Assembly (NCBI RefSeq): GCF_018977255.1
Contig: NW_024704742.1
Coordinates: 27,096,001 to 27,160,000 of the forward strand
Reading direction: 5' to 3'
DNA from: Callorhinchus milii
Taxonomy: Eukaryota
Length of the DNA stretch: 64,000 nucleotides
In this document: positions 11,975 to 23,195 of the stretch, piece by piece
How the letters are laid out: each line of letters starts with the position of its first letter
How positions within the stretch are numbered: the stretch's first letter is position 1
Position numbers and translations under genes: made by a program
The notes under the pieces: model-generated
The model's input: only the letters and a program-made list of their open reading frames with translations
Databases searched by the model: none
Told to the model about the DNA's origin: nothing

Positions 11975-12634
11975 ACAGTGGTTACAGCACTTGCCTCACG
12001 TGCGAGAGGACTTGGGTTAGATTCCTGTGCAGGGTGAAATGGTAGGCAAGTTTCCTCACTCCACACACCTCTGTTCACCTAGCACTAAGTTAATCGATTG
12101 GCAGATCGCTTTTTTAGGGGTAATAATAAGGTAATAATCCCTTCAAAAATAAATGAAAATAATAATAATAATAATCCTTGCATTTGATTTAGCGCTTTTC
12201 ACGTCGGGAGGACGTCCCAAAGCGCTTCACAGAACACACTGTAAAGTGAATTGACTGTATATTTGTGGGCGAACGCGGCAGCCAATTGCGCACAGCAATG
12301 TCCCACAAACAGTCGTAGATTGAAAATGACCAATTTATTATTGTTTTTAGTTTTGGAGGGATTATTATTAGGCTCTGTGGAGTAAGGAAACTTGCCCAAG
12401 GTTTCGCCCTCTGCCTGGAATTGAACTCAGGTCTCTCACTTGCAAAGCGAGCGCTCTAACCACTGAGCTACAGGACTCCACAAATTTGGTAACTCAATCC
12501 ATGGCTGTTTGTGGGACACTGCAGTGCACAATTGGCTGCTGTGTTTCACCTACAAAATATACAGTATATTCTGTGCTTTGAGACATCTCGAAGACATGAT
12601 AAGGTGCTTTATCAAATGCAAGGATTATTATTAT
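11975..12634 (+). mobile_element. Plus-strand DeuSINE with a minus-strand DeuSINE (about 12161-12481) nested inside
   Basis: The head at 11975-12160 and the tail at 12482-12634 are collinear halves flanking an inverted full copy. Confidence 0.85.
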
Positions 12635-14049
12635 ATGCATGAATTTGCTCATTTTAAAAAAAGCTCAACGTGATCACTACCGCCATGCAAGAAGATTGCC
12701 GCTGAATTGTGAAACCACTGAGGTTTGCGAGGATTAGCAACCCGAATGCAAAACCACAATTGAAAGCTCAATGTTAGTTGGATCAGAGTTTTCAGTTGCT
12801 TTTCCAGCACCAGCATCAGCTGCCAGCGGGAGGAATGCAGATTGTCACTGATCTCATTGGCAACCAGGCCAAGAAGTCATGGGTTACATCATAAATTGCA
12901 CTGGGCCCATTGAGTTTCCAGCTAAAATTAACTAACTCAGAAAAGATGGTGAATTCAGCCTGGGATCTGCAGCTTCCCATGTTGCCTTCAATTAGTAAAA
13001 CCACTCTCCAATGAGAAACTCCACCACTCAGACATGGAAGGGCTTGGATTCAATTCTGTTTTGGCAGTCAGGCCACTGTAGGAATGCTACAGTTGGCCTC
13101 AAAATTGCTAACAGATTGTAAAATCAGTCAAGGTTTCTAGTTTCCTGATCACCGTATAGTGACCTCTGCTGGAATGTGTGAATGTTGGAGAAATTAAGGA
13201 TTGTCTTTATGCTGGGTTGTCTTCATGATCAAATAGCTTGGAAACGTATGCAAGTACTTATGTAAAATGTGCTGTGGAAACCATGTGTGCAGACGGAGTT
13301 ACATGTTATAGGATATAATTAAGACAATAAAAAGTGATCGGTTGATGTTTACAATAATTAATAAAGCCCTTTTATTTGCCTGTTAATTCTCAACAACAAA
13401 ATGACATTTGTAATTATACAAGTCTGGGTTCCCGTATTTCCTCCTGCACATACAGCACAAAAACTATACATTAACACATGGCACCATAAAAGTCGCATTA
13501 AAAATGGCCACTTGGTAAAGTATTGTATCCAAGGAACAGGATCCAATTATGAGTCAACTCTTTCTAAGGAGGACTAGAGCAGAAGACTGGTAACAAATGT
13601 GTTCTGCATCGGACAGTAAAACCTCATTCAATTCAATCACACACTGAGGCATAAGGGAGAAAACTCTGTTCCATGGATATATATTCTGTCTCAATCATAA
13701 AATGACAGCTCTTTTAAGATACATGCCAGCCATTTGGTAATTATCTCATTTTAAAAACAACTCCACTTTGTCCTGTGCTGCTTTTGTGCGGTATTATTAT
13801 CCATTCTGAAGCACACACTGTTTTTGGCAGTGACAGCAGTGTGTTTCGAACACCTTTCTTTGACTCCAAACTTCCAAAGATGGGCACGGACATTTGCATT
13901 GTGATGGTGTACAAACGTTTGAGTCATTTATCTTCCCAAATTCCACTCCCAAAATAAGGGTAACTGAAATAGGTATTCAGGCGTATCACCCAGTCTCTGC
14001 TGCTCACTGGCTACTTGAGATTGCAAAAATAAACTTCTGAAGTGACTGA

Positions 14050-14600
14050 CTGGAGAATGTACAACTGATGGACAGTGAATGATGGATAGTGTACACATTG
14101 ACTGGACAGTGTACACAGTGAGTGATGGTCAGTGAGTGATGGACAGAGTACGCATTGACTGGACAGTGTACCCAGTGAGGGGTGACCAGTGAGCAACTGA
14201 AGGACAGTGTACACAGTGAGTGATGGACAGTGACTGGTGGACAGTGACTGGTGGACAGTGTCCACAGTGAGTGACGGACAGTAACTGGTGGACAGTGTAC
14301 ACAGTGACTGGTGGACAGTGTACATAGTGACTGGTGGACAGTGTACACAGTGATTGGTGGACAGTGTACACAGTGACTGGTGGACAGTGTACACAGTGAC
14401 TGGTGGACAGTGTACACAGTGACTGGTGGACAGTGTACACAGTGACTGGTGGACAGTGTACACAGTGACTGGTGGACAGTGTACACAGTGAGTGGTGGAC
14501 AGTGTACACAGTGACTGGTGGACAGTGTACACAGTGACTGGTGGACAGTGTACACAGTGAGTGGTGGACAGTGTACACAGTGAGTGGTGGACAGTGAGTG
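14050..14600. repeat. 23-bp minisatellite (GTGACTGGTGGACAGTGTACACA)n
   Basis: Near-perfect units at about 14280-14590 that degenerate leftward. Confidence 0.95.
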
Positions 14601-14704
14601 ACAGTTGCTGCCGTTGCCCTGGAGACGGGGTCGCGTTCTGTTGCCGCCGGTGCTGAGCTCGAGCTCACGTTTGATGTGTTTCTCTCAGCCCTCCCCCTCT
14701 CTTA

Positions 14705-15945
14705 TGTGTATGAGGTGTATTTGAGGTGTGTGTGTGTGTATGGTGTGTGTGTATGCGGTGTGTATGGTGTGTGTGTGGTGTGTGTGTATAAGGTGTGTAT
14801 GGTGTGTGTGAGGTGTATATGGTGTGTCTATGAGGTGTGTGTATGAGGTGTGTGTGTGAGGTGCGTGTATATGGTGTGTGTGTGAGGTGCGTGTATATGG
14901 TGTGTGTGTGAGGTGTGTGTGAGAGGTGTGTGTGTGTGTGAGGTCTGTATGGTGTGTGTATGAGGTGTGTATATGGTGTGTGTATGAGGTGTGTATATGG
15001 TGTGTGTATGAGGTGTATGAGGTGTGTGTGAGGTGTATATGGTGTGTGTGAGGTGTGTATATGGTGTGTGTGTGAGGTGTATATGGTGTGTGTATGAGGT
15101 GTATATGAGGTGTATATGGTGTGTGTGTGAGGTGTGTATATGGTGTGTGTGTGAGGTGTATATGGTGTGTGTGTGAGGTGTGTATATGGTGTGTGTATGA
15201 GGTGTATATGAGGTGTATATGGTGTGTGTGTGAGGTGTATATGGTGTGTGTGTGAGGTGTGTATATGGTGTGTGTGTGAGGTGTGTATATGGTGTGTGTG
15301 TGAGGTGTATATGGTGTGTGTGAGGTGTGTATATGGTGTGTGTGTGAGGTGTATATGGTGTGTGTGTGAGGTGTATATGGTGTGTGTGTGAGGTGTGTAT
15401 ATGGTGTGTGTGTGTGTGAGGTGTGTATATTGTGTGTGTGTGAGGTGTATATGGTGTGTGTGTGAGGTGTGTATATGGTGTGTGTATATGGTGTGTGTGG
15501 GTGTATATGGTGTGTGTGTGTGTGGGTAGGTGTATATGGTGTGTGTGGGTGTATATGGTGTGTGTGTGAGGTGTATATGGTGTGTGTGTGAGGTGTGTAT
15601 ATGGTGTGTGTGTGAGGTGTGTATATGGTGTGTGTGTGAGGTGTATGAGGTGTATATGGTGTGTGTATATGGTGTGTGTGTGAGGTGTATATGGTGTGTG
15701 TGTGAGGTGTGTATATGGTGTGTGTGTGAGGTGTGTATATGGTGTGTGTGTGAGGTGTATATGGTGTGTGTGAGGTGTGTATATGGTGTGTGTGTGAGGT
15801 GTGTATATGGTGTGTGTGTACGGTGTGTGTGAGGTGTATGAGGTGTATATGGTGTGTGTATGAGGTGTATATGGTGTGTGTATGAGGTGTATATGGTGTG
15901 TGTATGAGGTGTATATGGTGTGTGTATGAGGTGTATATGGTGTGT
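14705..15945. repeat. Compound TG-rich array, unit about GAGGTGTATATGGTGTGTGTGT (20-24 bp)
   Basis: Directly visible. The His/Thr/Tyr-rich ORFs here are by-products. Confidence 0.95.
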
Positions 15946-15952
15946 TACTCAC

Positions 15953-16200
15953 TGCTCTCCGCCGCCCTCGTCGGTTTCTTCCTCCTTTTTAAAAACCGTC
16001 CTATGACCAGAGCGAGGCCGTCCCGCCCGGGAAACCCGCCCCCGGGAGCGCACAGTGCCCGCACTCCGGTTCCCCCCCACCACAGCCCCACAGCAACCCC
16101 TTCCCTTTCTCTTTCTCTCACACATGTTCGCCTCCCAACAGTGAAGCAATAAAAACGGACTCAGAAACGGTGGCGACCCGCAAGGCCCCCGTCCATCTGA
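15953..16200 (-). other. SCLT1: Probable non-coding first exon / TSS region of SCLT1
   Basis: CpG-rich unique island between tandem arrays, ending in a minus-strand donor GCA|gtgagt (15952-15947). The first coding exon has its own acceptor, so an upstream exon is needed. The 5' boundary is uncertain. Confidence 0.5.
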
Positions 16201-16219
16201 TCCGAAACTGCTGGTATTG

Positions 16220-16492
16220 ATTTGATTGAGTGAGTGAGTGAGTGAGTGAGTGATTGAGTGATTGATTGAGTGATTGAGTGAGTGATTGAGTGATTGAGTG
16301 AGTGATTGAGTGATTGAGTGAGTGATTGAGTGATTGATTGAGTGATTGAGTGATTGAGTGATTGAGTGGGTGAGTGAGTGAGTGATTGATTGAGTGATTG
16401 AGTGAGTAATTGAGTGATTGAGTGGGTGAGTGGGTGAGTGATTGAGTGATTGATTGAGTGAGTGACTGAGTGAGTGAGTGAGTGAGTGATTT
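16220..16492. repeat. (GAGT)n/(GATT)n mixed tetranucleotide microsatellite
   Basis: Directly visible. Confidence 0.95.
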
Positions 16493-16602
16493 ATTGATGA
16501 GGGGGAGAGGCTTTTTTTTAAAAAAAAGCTTTTAGGAGGTGAGGAGATTGTGGTGCAGGGGGTGGGGGGTTGTTTTGAGGGCCGGACCGGAAGTGTGTGA
16601 GC

Positions 16603-16893
16603 GGCTGGGCTGGGGGCGGGGCTGGGGGCTGGGGGATGGGGGCTGGGCTGGGGATGGGGGCTGGGGCTGGGGGGCTGGGCAGGGCTGGGGCTGAGGGCGG
16701 GGGCTGGGGGTAGGGGGCTGGGCTGGGCTGGGGCGGGGCTGGGGCTGGCTGGGGGCTGGGGGGGGGGGGGCTGGGGCGGGCTGGGGGCCGGGCTGGGGTG
16801 AGGGGGCTGAGGGCGGGGCTGGGCTGGGGTGGGCTGGGGTAGGGGGCTGGGCTGGGGCTGGGGGCTGGGCGGGGGCTGGGCTGGGGGTTGGGG
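16603..16893. repeat. (GGGGCT)n-like G-rich array with G-quadruplex potential
   Basis: Dozens of runs of three or more G separated by 1-3 nt. Confidence 0.92.
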
Positions 16894-17019
16894 TTGTCCG
16901 CCGCCCTGTGTCTGTGTTTATGTGTTAAGTACAAAGTGGTTTACAGTTGCCCGAGCGCCGTTCTCCGCATTTGACAGGACACACCGTAGAGTGGATTTAC
17001 CTGTGTAGACCGTGTAGGT

Positions 17020-17346
17020 GGGGGGGAGGGGTGGTAGAGGTGGTGGGGCATGTAGGGGAGGTAGAGGTGGTGGGAGAGGTAGAGGTAGGGGAGGTAGAGG
17101 TGGTGGAGGAGGTAGGGGAGGTAGAGGTGGTAGGGGAGGTAGAGGTGGTGGGGCAGGTAGGGGAGGTAGAGGTGGTGGGGCAGGTAGAGGTGGTGGGGCA
17201 GGTAGGGGAGGTAGAGGTGGTGGGGGAGGTAGAGGTGGTGGAGGAGGTAGGGGAGGTAGGAGTGGTGGGGCAGGTAAGGGTGGTGGGGCAGGTAGGGGAG
17301 GTAGAGGTGGTGGGGGAGGTAGGAGTGGTAGAGGTGGTGGGGCAGG
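17020..17346. repeat. G-rich minisatellite built of 9-bp subunits (GTAGAGGTG/GTGGGGCAG/GTAGGGGAG)
   Basis: Directly visible 9/18/27-bp periodicity. Confidence 0.92.
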
Positions 17347-17507
17347 TCACTGGACGGGACTTCATCACCCCACGGTGGGCAGTAGGAAAGAAGAGAGTTT
17401 AGTCCCAGGCCACCATCCTCTGGGTGAATTGGTGGTTGTCTTGTGGTTGTCTGCGACAGCAACGTTTACTTTGTTTCATAAGTAGAGTATTTTAATAAAT
17501 CTCAGTG

Positions 17508-17752
17508 CAACAGCAACAACACAACAAAATTACAATTATAGAGGGCCTTTCACGTCGGGAGGACGTCCCAAAGCGCTGAACAGTCAGCGGTCGGGGCCCG
17601 AGCATTGGGGGAGGGATGGTGCAGGGGTGAGGGAAGGCAGAGAGGTGGGAGGGAGACCAAAGGAACAGTCGAAGAGAAAGGTCTTGAGATTGACGTTGAA
17701 GGAGGCAAGGGAGCAAGCGAGGCGAAGGGACCGTGGGATGGAGTTCCAGAGT
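17508..17752 (-). mobile_element. L2 family B 3' fragment
   Basis: Reverse complement of the family B tail and ORF end. Confidence 0.85.
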
Positions 17753-18334
17753 GACAATAGCAAATGGGAATACGGTCTCTCCCGTTGTCCTGGTCAACAA
17801 CCCTGATAGAATTGCTCATTTGCTTTATGGCTATTTGCGGATAATGGTTGTTGAACTGTCCATGTGTGCAAATTTGCTGCCAAGTGCTTTGAGGCCAGGA
17901 CTATTTTGTTGACCTGCGTTGTTGGATATGTTCTTTTCATGTATTTTCTGTGACGCTTGCTGAGGTTTTTCCCAGAATATGGTACTCATTTTTGGTGAAA
18001 ATCTGACATTGCTGTTGCCTAGTCTGCTTTTTAACTTTGCTGTTTAAATCTGCACCTTTTGGCAATTCGTTGCCAGATCATTAACTGGAATATCTCAAAC
18101 ATCCAATATCTTAAACATAATTGATGTGTCGATTTATATTATCTCCAACAAATTGCATTTATATAACGTCTCTCATATCGGGAAGACACCCATAGCACTG
18201 GAATTATTATACTGCATTCTCTTATAAAATGTTGCAGCTAATCACAGCAACTTTTTAATTAATTTCCTGCATTGATCTTTTTGAAAGTACGGAAATAAAA
18301 GCACAGATTCAATTTTTTTACTGATTTATTTAAT

Positions 18335-18692
18335 AACAATAATAATAATCCTTGCATTTGATAGAGAGCCTTATCAGCGCCTTGGGACGTCCTCCCGACG
18401 TGATGGGCGCTATAAAAATGTAATCTTGTTGTTATCACATTGTTGAGGCTTCTCAAAGCGCTTCACAGAATATACTGAAAAGTGAATTGACTATAATTTG
18501 TAGGCGAAACGCGAGAGCCAATTGCACACAACAATATCCCACAAACAGTCGTGGATTGAGTGTTCAAATTATTTTTTTGAAGCAATTATTATCCCCGGAA
18601 AGCAATCTGCTAATCGACGAACAACTGGGTTCCAACTTAATGCTAGGTAAACAGAGGCGTGTGGAGTAAGGAAACTTGCCTAAGATTTCGCC
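18335..18692 (-). mobile_element. DeuSINE lacking its head, with an L2 tail inserted at about 18378-18432
   Basis: SINE tail and core are recognisable, and TTATCA flanks both sides of the L2 tail. Confidence 0.82.
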
Positions 18693-18728
18693 ACACTTGG
18701 GAAAATAATGTAAAATATTGTTCTCCAG

Positions 18729-18909
18729 ATGGAGTTTAAAATTACAAACACATGGGACAGTTCACCAGTGTGCCATGAGGGTATATCGCTGTCACTTAAA
18801 CCAGGCGATGAAGGAATTCTGTTCGAGGTAAATGGTCCTTTCTTCAATGATCCTCTAGCTCCACCTGGTGAAAAGGGAAAACCTTTCAATCAGCTTTGGG
18901 ATTATGAAG
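18729..18909 (+). CDS. C4orf33: UPF0462 protein C4orf33 homolog, coding exon 1
   Basis: MEFKITNTWDSSPVCHEGISLSLKPGDEGILFEVNGPFFNDPLAPPGEKGKPFNQLWDYE matches the recalled human MDFKIEHTWD...GKPFNELWDYE. The acceptor ttctccag sits directly before the ATG, and the donor is AAG|gtaagc. Confidence 0.96.
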
Positions 18910-19898
18910 GTAAGCACCAACTTCACTAAAATAAGAGTTTCGAAACCTAACTAAACTTTTGATGGTTCGGTATCATTGATTCAAATTTTTTTTTCCTTGG
19001 GGGAGGCTGGGTTAAAATGGGGAGTTTTTTTTCAGGAGAAGGGGTAACTGTTGCCATTTTTACACTCTTTACAAAGTTCAAGCTGCTTTCTTTCCATCAT
19101 AATAAAGTGTGGGTCACAGTATTGGATTGTTTAAGTGGTGGATCTGGCTGAGGATCCATAAATGTAATGGTGTCTTTCAACTCATATTTGCCGAAGTAGC
19201 ACTGAAATGCAGGGATCTGTGAGGCAACGGGTTCATAGGCATCAATAGCTGCGTCAAAGTCTGCAGCAACCAGCTTTGGGTGAAACAATTTGAACAAAAT
19301 TTACTAACTGCGCAATTTGGGGACTTTGTTCATCTCCTCTTAAAACCCTCTATTTGGTTCTTGAACAAAATGACTTTTCTCTACCACCATAATAACACTC
19401 ACTTCCATCCTAACATCACCCTCAATACAACCCAAACTGTTTTATTTCCCCCAGACTTGACTTTTCAAGTGCACTGCTTGCTGGTCAACATAGTTCAACC
19501 CACTATAAACTCCAGCTCATCCAGAACTTTGGAGAGTGAATCCTCTCACGCTCTGTGTCTCCATCATGTACCAACCTCACCAGGCTCGTAACCCCACCAG
19601 ATAAACTTCAAAATCCTTTTCCTGACCTTAAAATGCTCCATACTCTCTCTCCAATCTATCTCTGCAATCTTCTCCAGCCCCACTTTCCCATCCACTACCT
19701 CCTCTGCAAACTTGGCCTCAACTGCCTCCTCTCTACTACCATGAGCCACTTTGTCCCAACTCCGGCGGTGGTTTGATTTCAATGTAGCAACACAATAATA
19801 CACGGCAATCCAGTTCAGTGTAACCTTGGTGCAGTTTTTCTTAAGAAACATCTCTCCCTTTTTTGTAACTTAATATTTTTTTGCTTTAAATCTGACAG

Positions 19899-19959
19899 TT
19901 GCAGAAGCTTTTTTCTTGAATAGCATCTCAAACCAGTACCTGGAAGTGGAACTCTGCCC
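19899..19959 (+). CDS. C4orf33: C4orf33 coding exon 2 (VAEAFFLNSISNQYLEVELCP)
   Basis: 61-nt exon, tctgacag|...CC|gtaagt, with consistent phases. Matches VVEAFFLN...QYLEVELCP. Confidence 0.95.
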
Positions 19960-20194
19960 GTAAGTACCAGGATATTCTCCTTCATTCTAGTCACATTTGC
20001 CCCCCAAAATACACACTACTTTACAGTATATCCTGTGAAGTGCTTTGAGACGTCTTGACTTGTCTTGATACTGTATGTTTACATATACAAAAAGGTGCGT
20101 TTTGAGATTGCTTCAGAAATTCCTTTCTTCATATGGAGATTTGCTGTACCTGCATTCAGTGTCTCCTCCCCAGACACCATGGCTGAGGTATATT

Positions 20195-20640
20195 AAATTG
20201 TGAAGAGGTGTATAAAATTGCGAAAGGGGTTGACAGGCTGAATGGTGAGCAACTGTTTCCTCTGGCGGGAGAACTGAGGACCAGAAGACATACAACAACA
20301 ACAACAACAAAATTACATTTGTATAGCGCCTTTCATGTCGGGAGGATGTCCCATAGTCTTTAACTTGAGGCCAATCCATTTCAAAGTGAAATAAAGAAAT
20401 CATTTTGGCACAGTGGGTGGTGGGAGTGTGGCATTCGCTCCCCCAGAGGACTGCGAAGGCAGAGTCAATTGAGGAATTTAAGAGGCAAATAGGTAAATAC
20501 TTGATGGACTGGCGTATCAGGGGATATGGAGAGAGGGTGGGGAAGTGGTATTGAGTTGCAAATGGGACATGATCTTGGAAAGTGATGGGACAGGCTCGAT
20601 GGGCTGAATAGCTTACTCCTTTTCCTATGTACTGATAATT
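20195..20640 (+). mobile_element. CR1 LINE 3' fragment with an L2 tail inserted at about 20292-20352
   Basis: CAGTGGGTGGTGGGAGTGTGGCATTCGCT (RVV..WN.LP region) and the CR1 3' end GATGGGCTGAATAGCTTACTCCT. Confidence 0.75.
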
Positions 20641-20664
20641 TCGGCATGTTATCATGAAAGTATT

Positions 20665-21085
20665 CAACAACAACAAAATTACATTTATATAGCGTCTTTC
20701 ACGTTGGGAAGACGTCCCAAGGCGCTGAACAATTTTGTGTTTCAGACCCAAGTTGGGGATCGGGGAGAGTGGGGGCAACAACAACAACAAGATTACATTT
20801 GTATAGCACCTTTCATGTCGGGAGGACGTCCCAAGGCGCTGGACAGTGTACACGGGGCAGGGCGTGGAAGGAGGGTGACTGAAGGCATGGTCGAAGAGGA
20901 GCGTCTTGAGACTGGTCTTGAAGGAGGCAAGGGAGGGGATGAGGTGGTGGGACTGCAGGATGGAGTTCCAGAGGGTAGGGGCAGGGTGGGACGGGCGAGG
21001 CGGGGGATGTGAAGCAGGCCGGAGCCCCCTGAACGGAGGCAGCAGGCAGGATGATGGGGTTTAGGAGGTCGCAGAGGTAGGGGGA
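20665..21085 (-). mobile_element. Two adjacent L2 family B 3' fragments
   Basis: Two (CAA)n-AAATTACATT-type tails at about 20665 and 20776. Confidence 0.8.
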
Positions 21086-21491
21086 AGATAATCATCTTAG
21101 TATTCTCCCATTACAACAACAATCTGCTTTTTAAATGATTACCTCGCCCTGGCTCAGTGTCGAGCGCCGCCACTGTTAAGCACTCTGAGACACTACCCTA
21201 CATGAAGGGCACTTTATAAATGCAAGTTGTTGTTGTTATTGTTGAGTCCAGTGTCCGAGCCTCAACCACTCTTCCTGGTAATGTGTTTAATCGTTAATCA
21301 CCCTCGGTGTGTGTATTTATATAAAAAAATTATACTTTCTGGTGTCTCTCTTAAAATTGACCTTCCCAGCCCTGAACCTCTGACCTCTCGTTCTGCTGCC
21401 CAGGCAGGGGTGAAAGTAATGTTCTGGGTATCCATTCCCATTTAAAATTATTTCTGAAGTAATGTTCTTGTTTTGTTTTATTTGTGTTTAG

Positions 21492-21543
21492 ACATGGACA
21501 ACATTTAGTGCTGTTACTTTCTGGTAGAAGAAAAGTATGGCAG
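21492..21543 (+). CDS. C4orf33: C4orf33 coding exon 3 (HGQHLVLLLSGRRKVWQ)
   Basis: 52-nt exon, tttgtgtttag|...CAG|gtgagt. Matches HGQHLVLLLSGRRNVWK. Confidence 0.95.
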
Positions 21544-22049
21544 GTGAGTGATTACACAAGGTAAGATGGTGATCAGTAACCTGGTCGTAATACTTGTTCG
21601 CCAATATATTTGAGGTTACTTTTGTTGCAAAGCTTGCGGAAGCAAATCAAAATTGCTATTTTTGGTGGGTGAATTTTTGCACTCGTTGAGGTGAAGGAGA
21701 TGATGGGCTTTTTCGTGATTTTCATTAAATGTCACTGGACTCTCAGTGCCAGAGACTCAGAAGAAATCACCAGCTTCATTACTATGTGATTTTCTTTTCC
21801 CACACAACCTGTTGCTTTTGCTTCTCTGAGTAAGATAGATACTGTATTGTGGTCAATGTTGTGTGTTGTGATCTCCAACCAATAGGAACTAGTGGGTATA
21901 TTCTGCCTTTCTCCCTAGTTGCAGCACATAATTTCATATCCTTTCTGTATAAATATATCCTCTACGTCAGTGGTTGCCAACCTTTATGGGTGGTCAACAA
22001 AATAAATGTTCTTGATTGAATAGTTCTTGATTTATGCCATAAGGAAGAG

Positions 22050-22357
22050 AGAAGCCAGGTTTGATTCCTGGGCAGGGCGAAACCTCAAGCAAGTTTCCTT
22101 ATTCCGTGTGCCTCTGTTTATGTTGCAGTAAGTAGGAACCAGGTTGTTAGTCGATTGGTGGATCGCTTTCTGGGGGTAACAATCCTTTTATTAAAAAAAG
22201 ATAATTTGGTCACTCAATCCATGGCTGTTTGTGGGACACTGCTGTGCAAAATTGGTTGCTGTGTTTCACCCAAAAAATATACAGTCAATTCACTTTACTG
22301 TATATTCTATGACATGATAAGGTGCTATACCAAATGCAAGGATTATATAATTATTTA
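22050..22357 (+). mobile_element. DeuSINE in C4orf33 intron 3
   Basis: B-box GGTTTGATTCC, Deu core and a CAAATGCAAGGATTAT tail. Confidence 0.8.
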
Positions 22358-22995
22358 TTGAACAAAGACTATTCCTCCTCTGCTGAGTAAGTCAAACTTC
22401 CACACTGGCATTTATGGCTTGCAAACCTGTGGGTGCAGTGTGATCAATTTAATGGATTTTACAGTACAGTTACATAACACTGCTGGTGAATTTACTGTCA
22501 TTGGCCTCATGCAACATCCTAAAACCTGTTTGTTCCACATAACAAATCTGTCATGCAGATATGGCAATTTTCTTTCCTGAGCTAAGGTTTGAAGGCATAG
22601 TCCCACCATTTACATTGATGAGAATTTAATAAGCAACTGTCAAATCAGACTGTCAGTCACTGCAGTGATTTAGAGTGGTGAGCACCGCAGCACTGCTATT
22701 AATGCAATGTTGTGAATAATCATTTTGAATGGTTTATGCACATTTCTGTCCCTTAACTTTGTCTATATTTTTTGATAGATGTTTGCCTATTTGTTTCTTG
22801 TGAACGGGTTTTCATCCGTTTTTGTAAATGAAACATAAATTAAACTGTTTGTCCACAAAATACACAGGCACTCCACTTTACAGTATATCCTGAAGTGTTT
22901 TTATATGGCCCCCTGACATTAAACCTGCTAGATCAAATGTAAGGATTATTATTATATGATTAATTGAACTGATGGTGTTTTTCTCTTCGCTCCAG

Positions 22996-23195
22996 CATGA
23001 GCTCAGTTTAACATACGAGTCTTCAACTAATGGGCAAAAATGGGAAGGCAGAGCACTTATTCCTTGGAGTTATTTTCCTCCTGCAGTGAACAATTTTAAT
23101 GCCTATGCAATTCATGGATCAGGTGCTGCAAGAGTTTACGAGGCCCTTTATCCTGTACCTAAACACGAAGTGATGGAGGGACAGGAGCCTGATTT
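22996..23195 (+). CDS. C4orf33: C4orf33 coding exon 4 (HELSLTYE...KWEGRALIPWSYFPP...GQEPDF)
   Basis: 200-nt exon, ttcgctccag|...TT|gtaagt. Matches KWEGKAYLPWSYFPP...AIHGS...YEALYPVP. Confidence 0.96.

Larger units (their letters stand above)
14600..17000. promoter_or_regulatory. Probable bidirectional SCLT1/C4orf33 promoter region: CpG-rich islets between tandem repeats, ETS/GABPA motif ACCGGAAGTG at 16586-16595, RFX X-box-like GTTGCCCTGGAGAC at 14613-14626
   Basis: CpG-dense unique patches at about 14600-14700, 15950-16210, 16570-16610 and 16890-17000 lie between two divergent genes whose first coding exons both have acceptors. Confidence 0.7.

Noticed and set aside
14004..15952. Cys/His/Thr-rich ORFs as metal-binding proteins, or the 23-mer array as a CRISPR
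   Set aside because: They are translations of tandem repeats, the units abut with no unique spacers, and the context is vertebrate.
16518..17485. Pro-rich and RGG-rich ORFs
   Set aside because: By-products of G-rich arrays that are open in several frames, with no splice or homology support.
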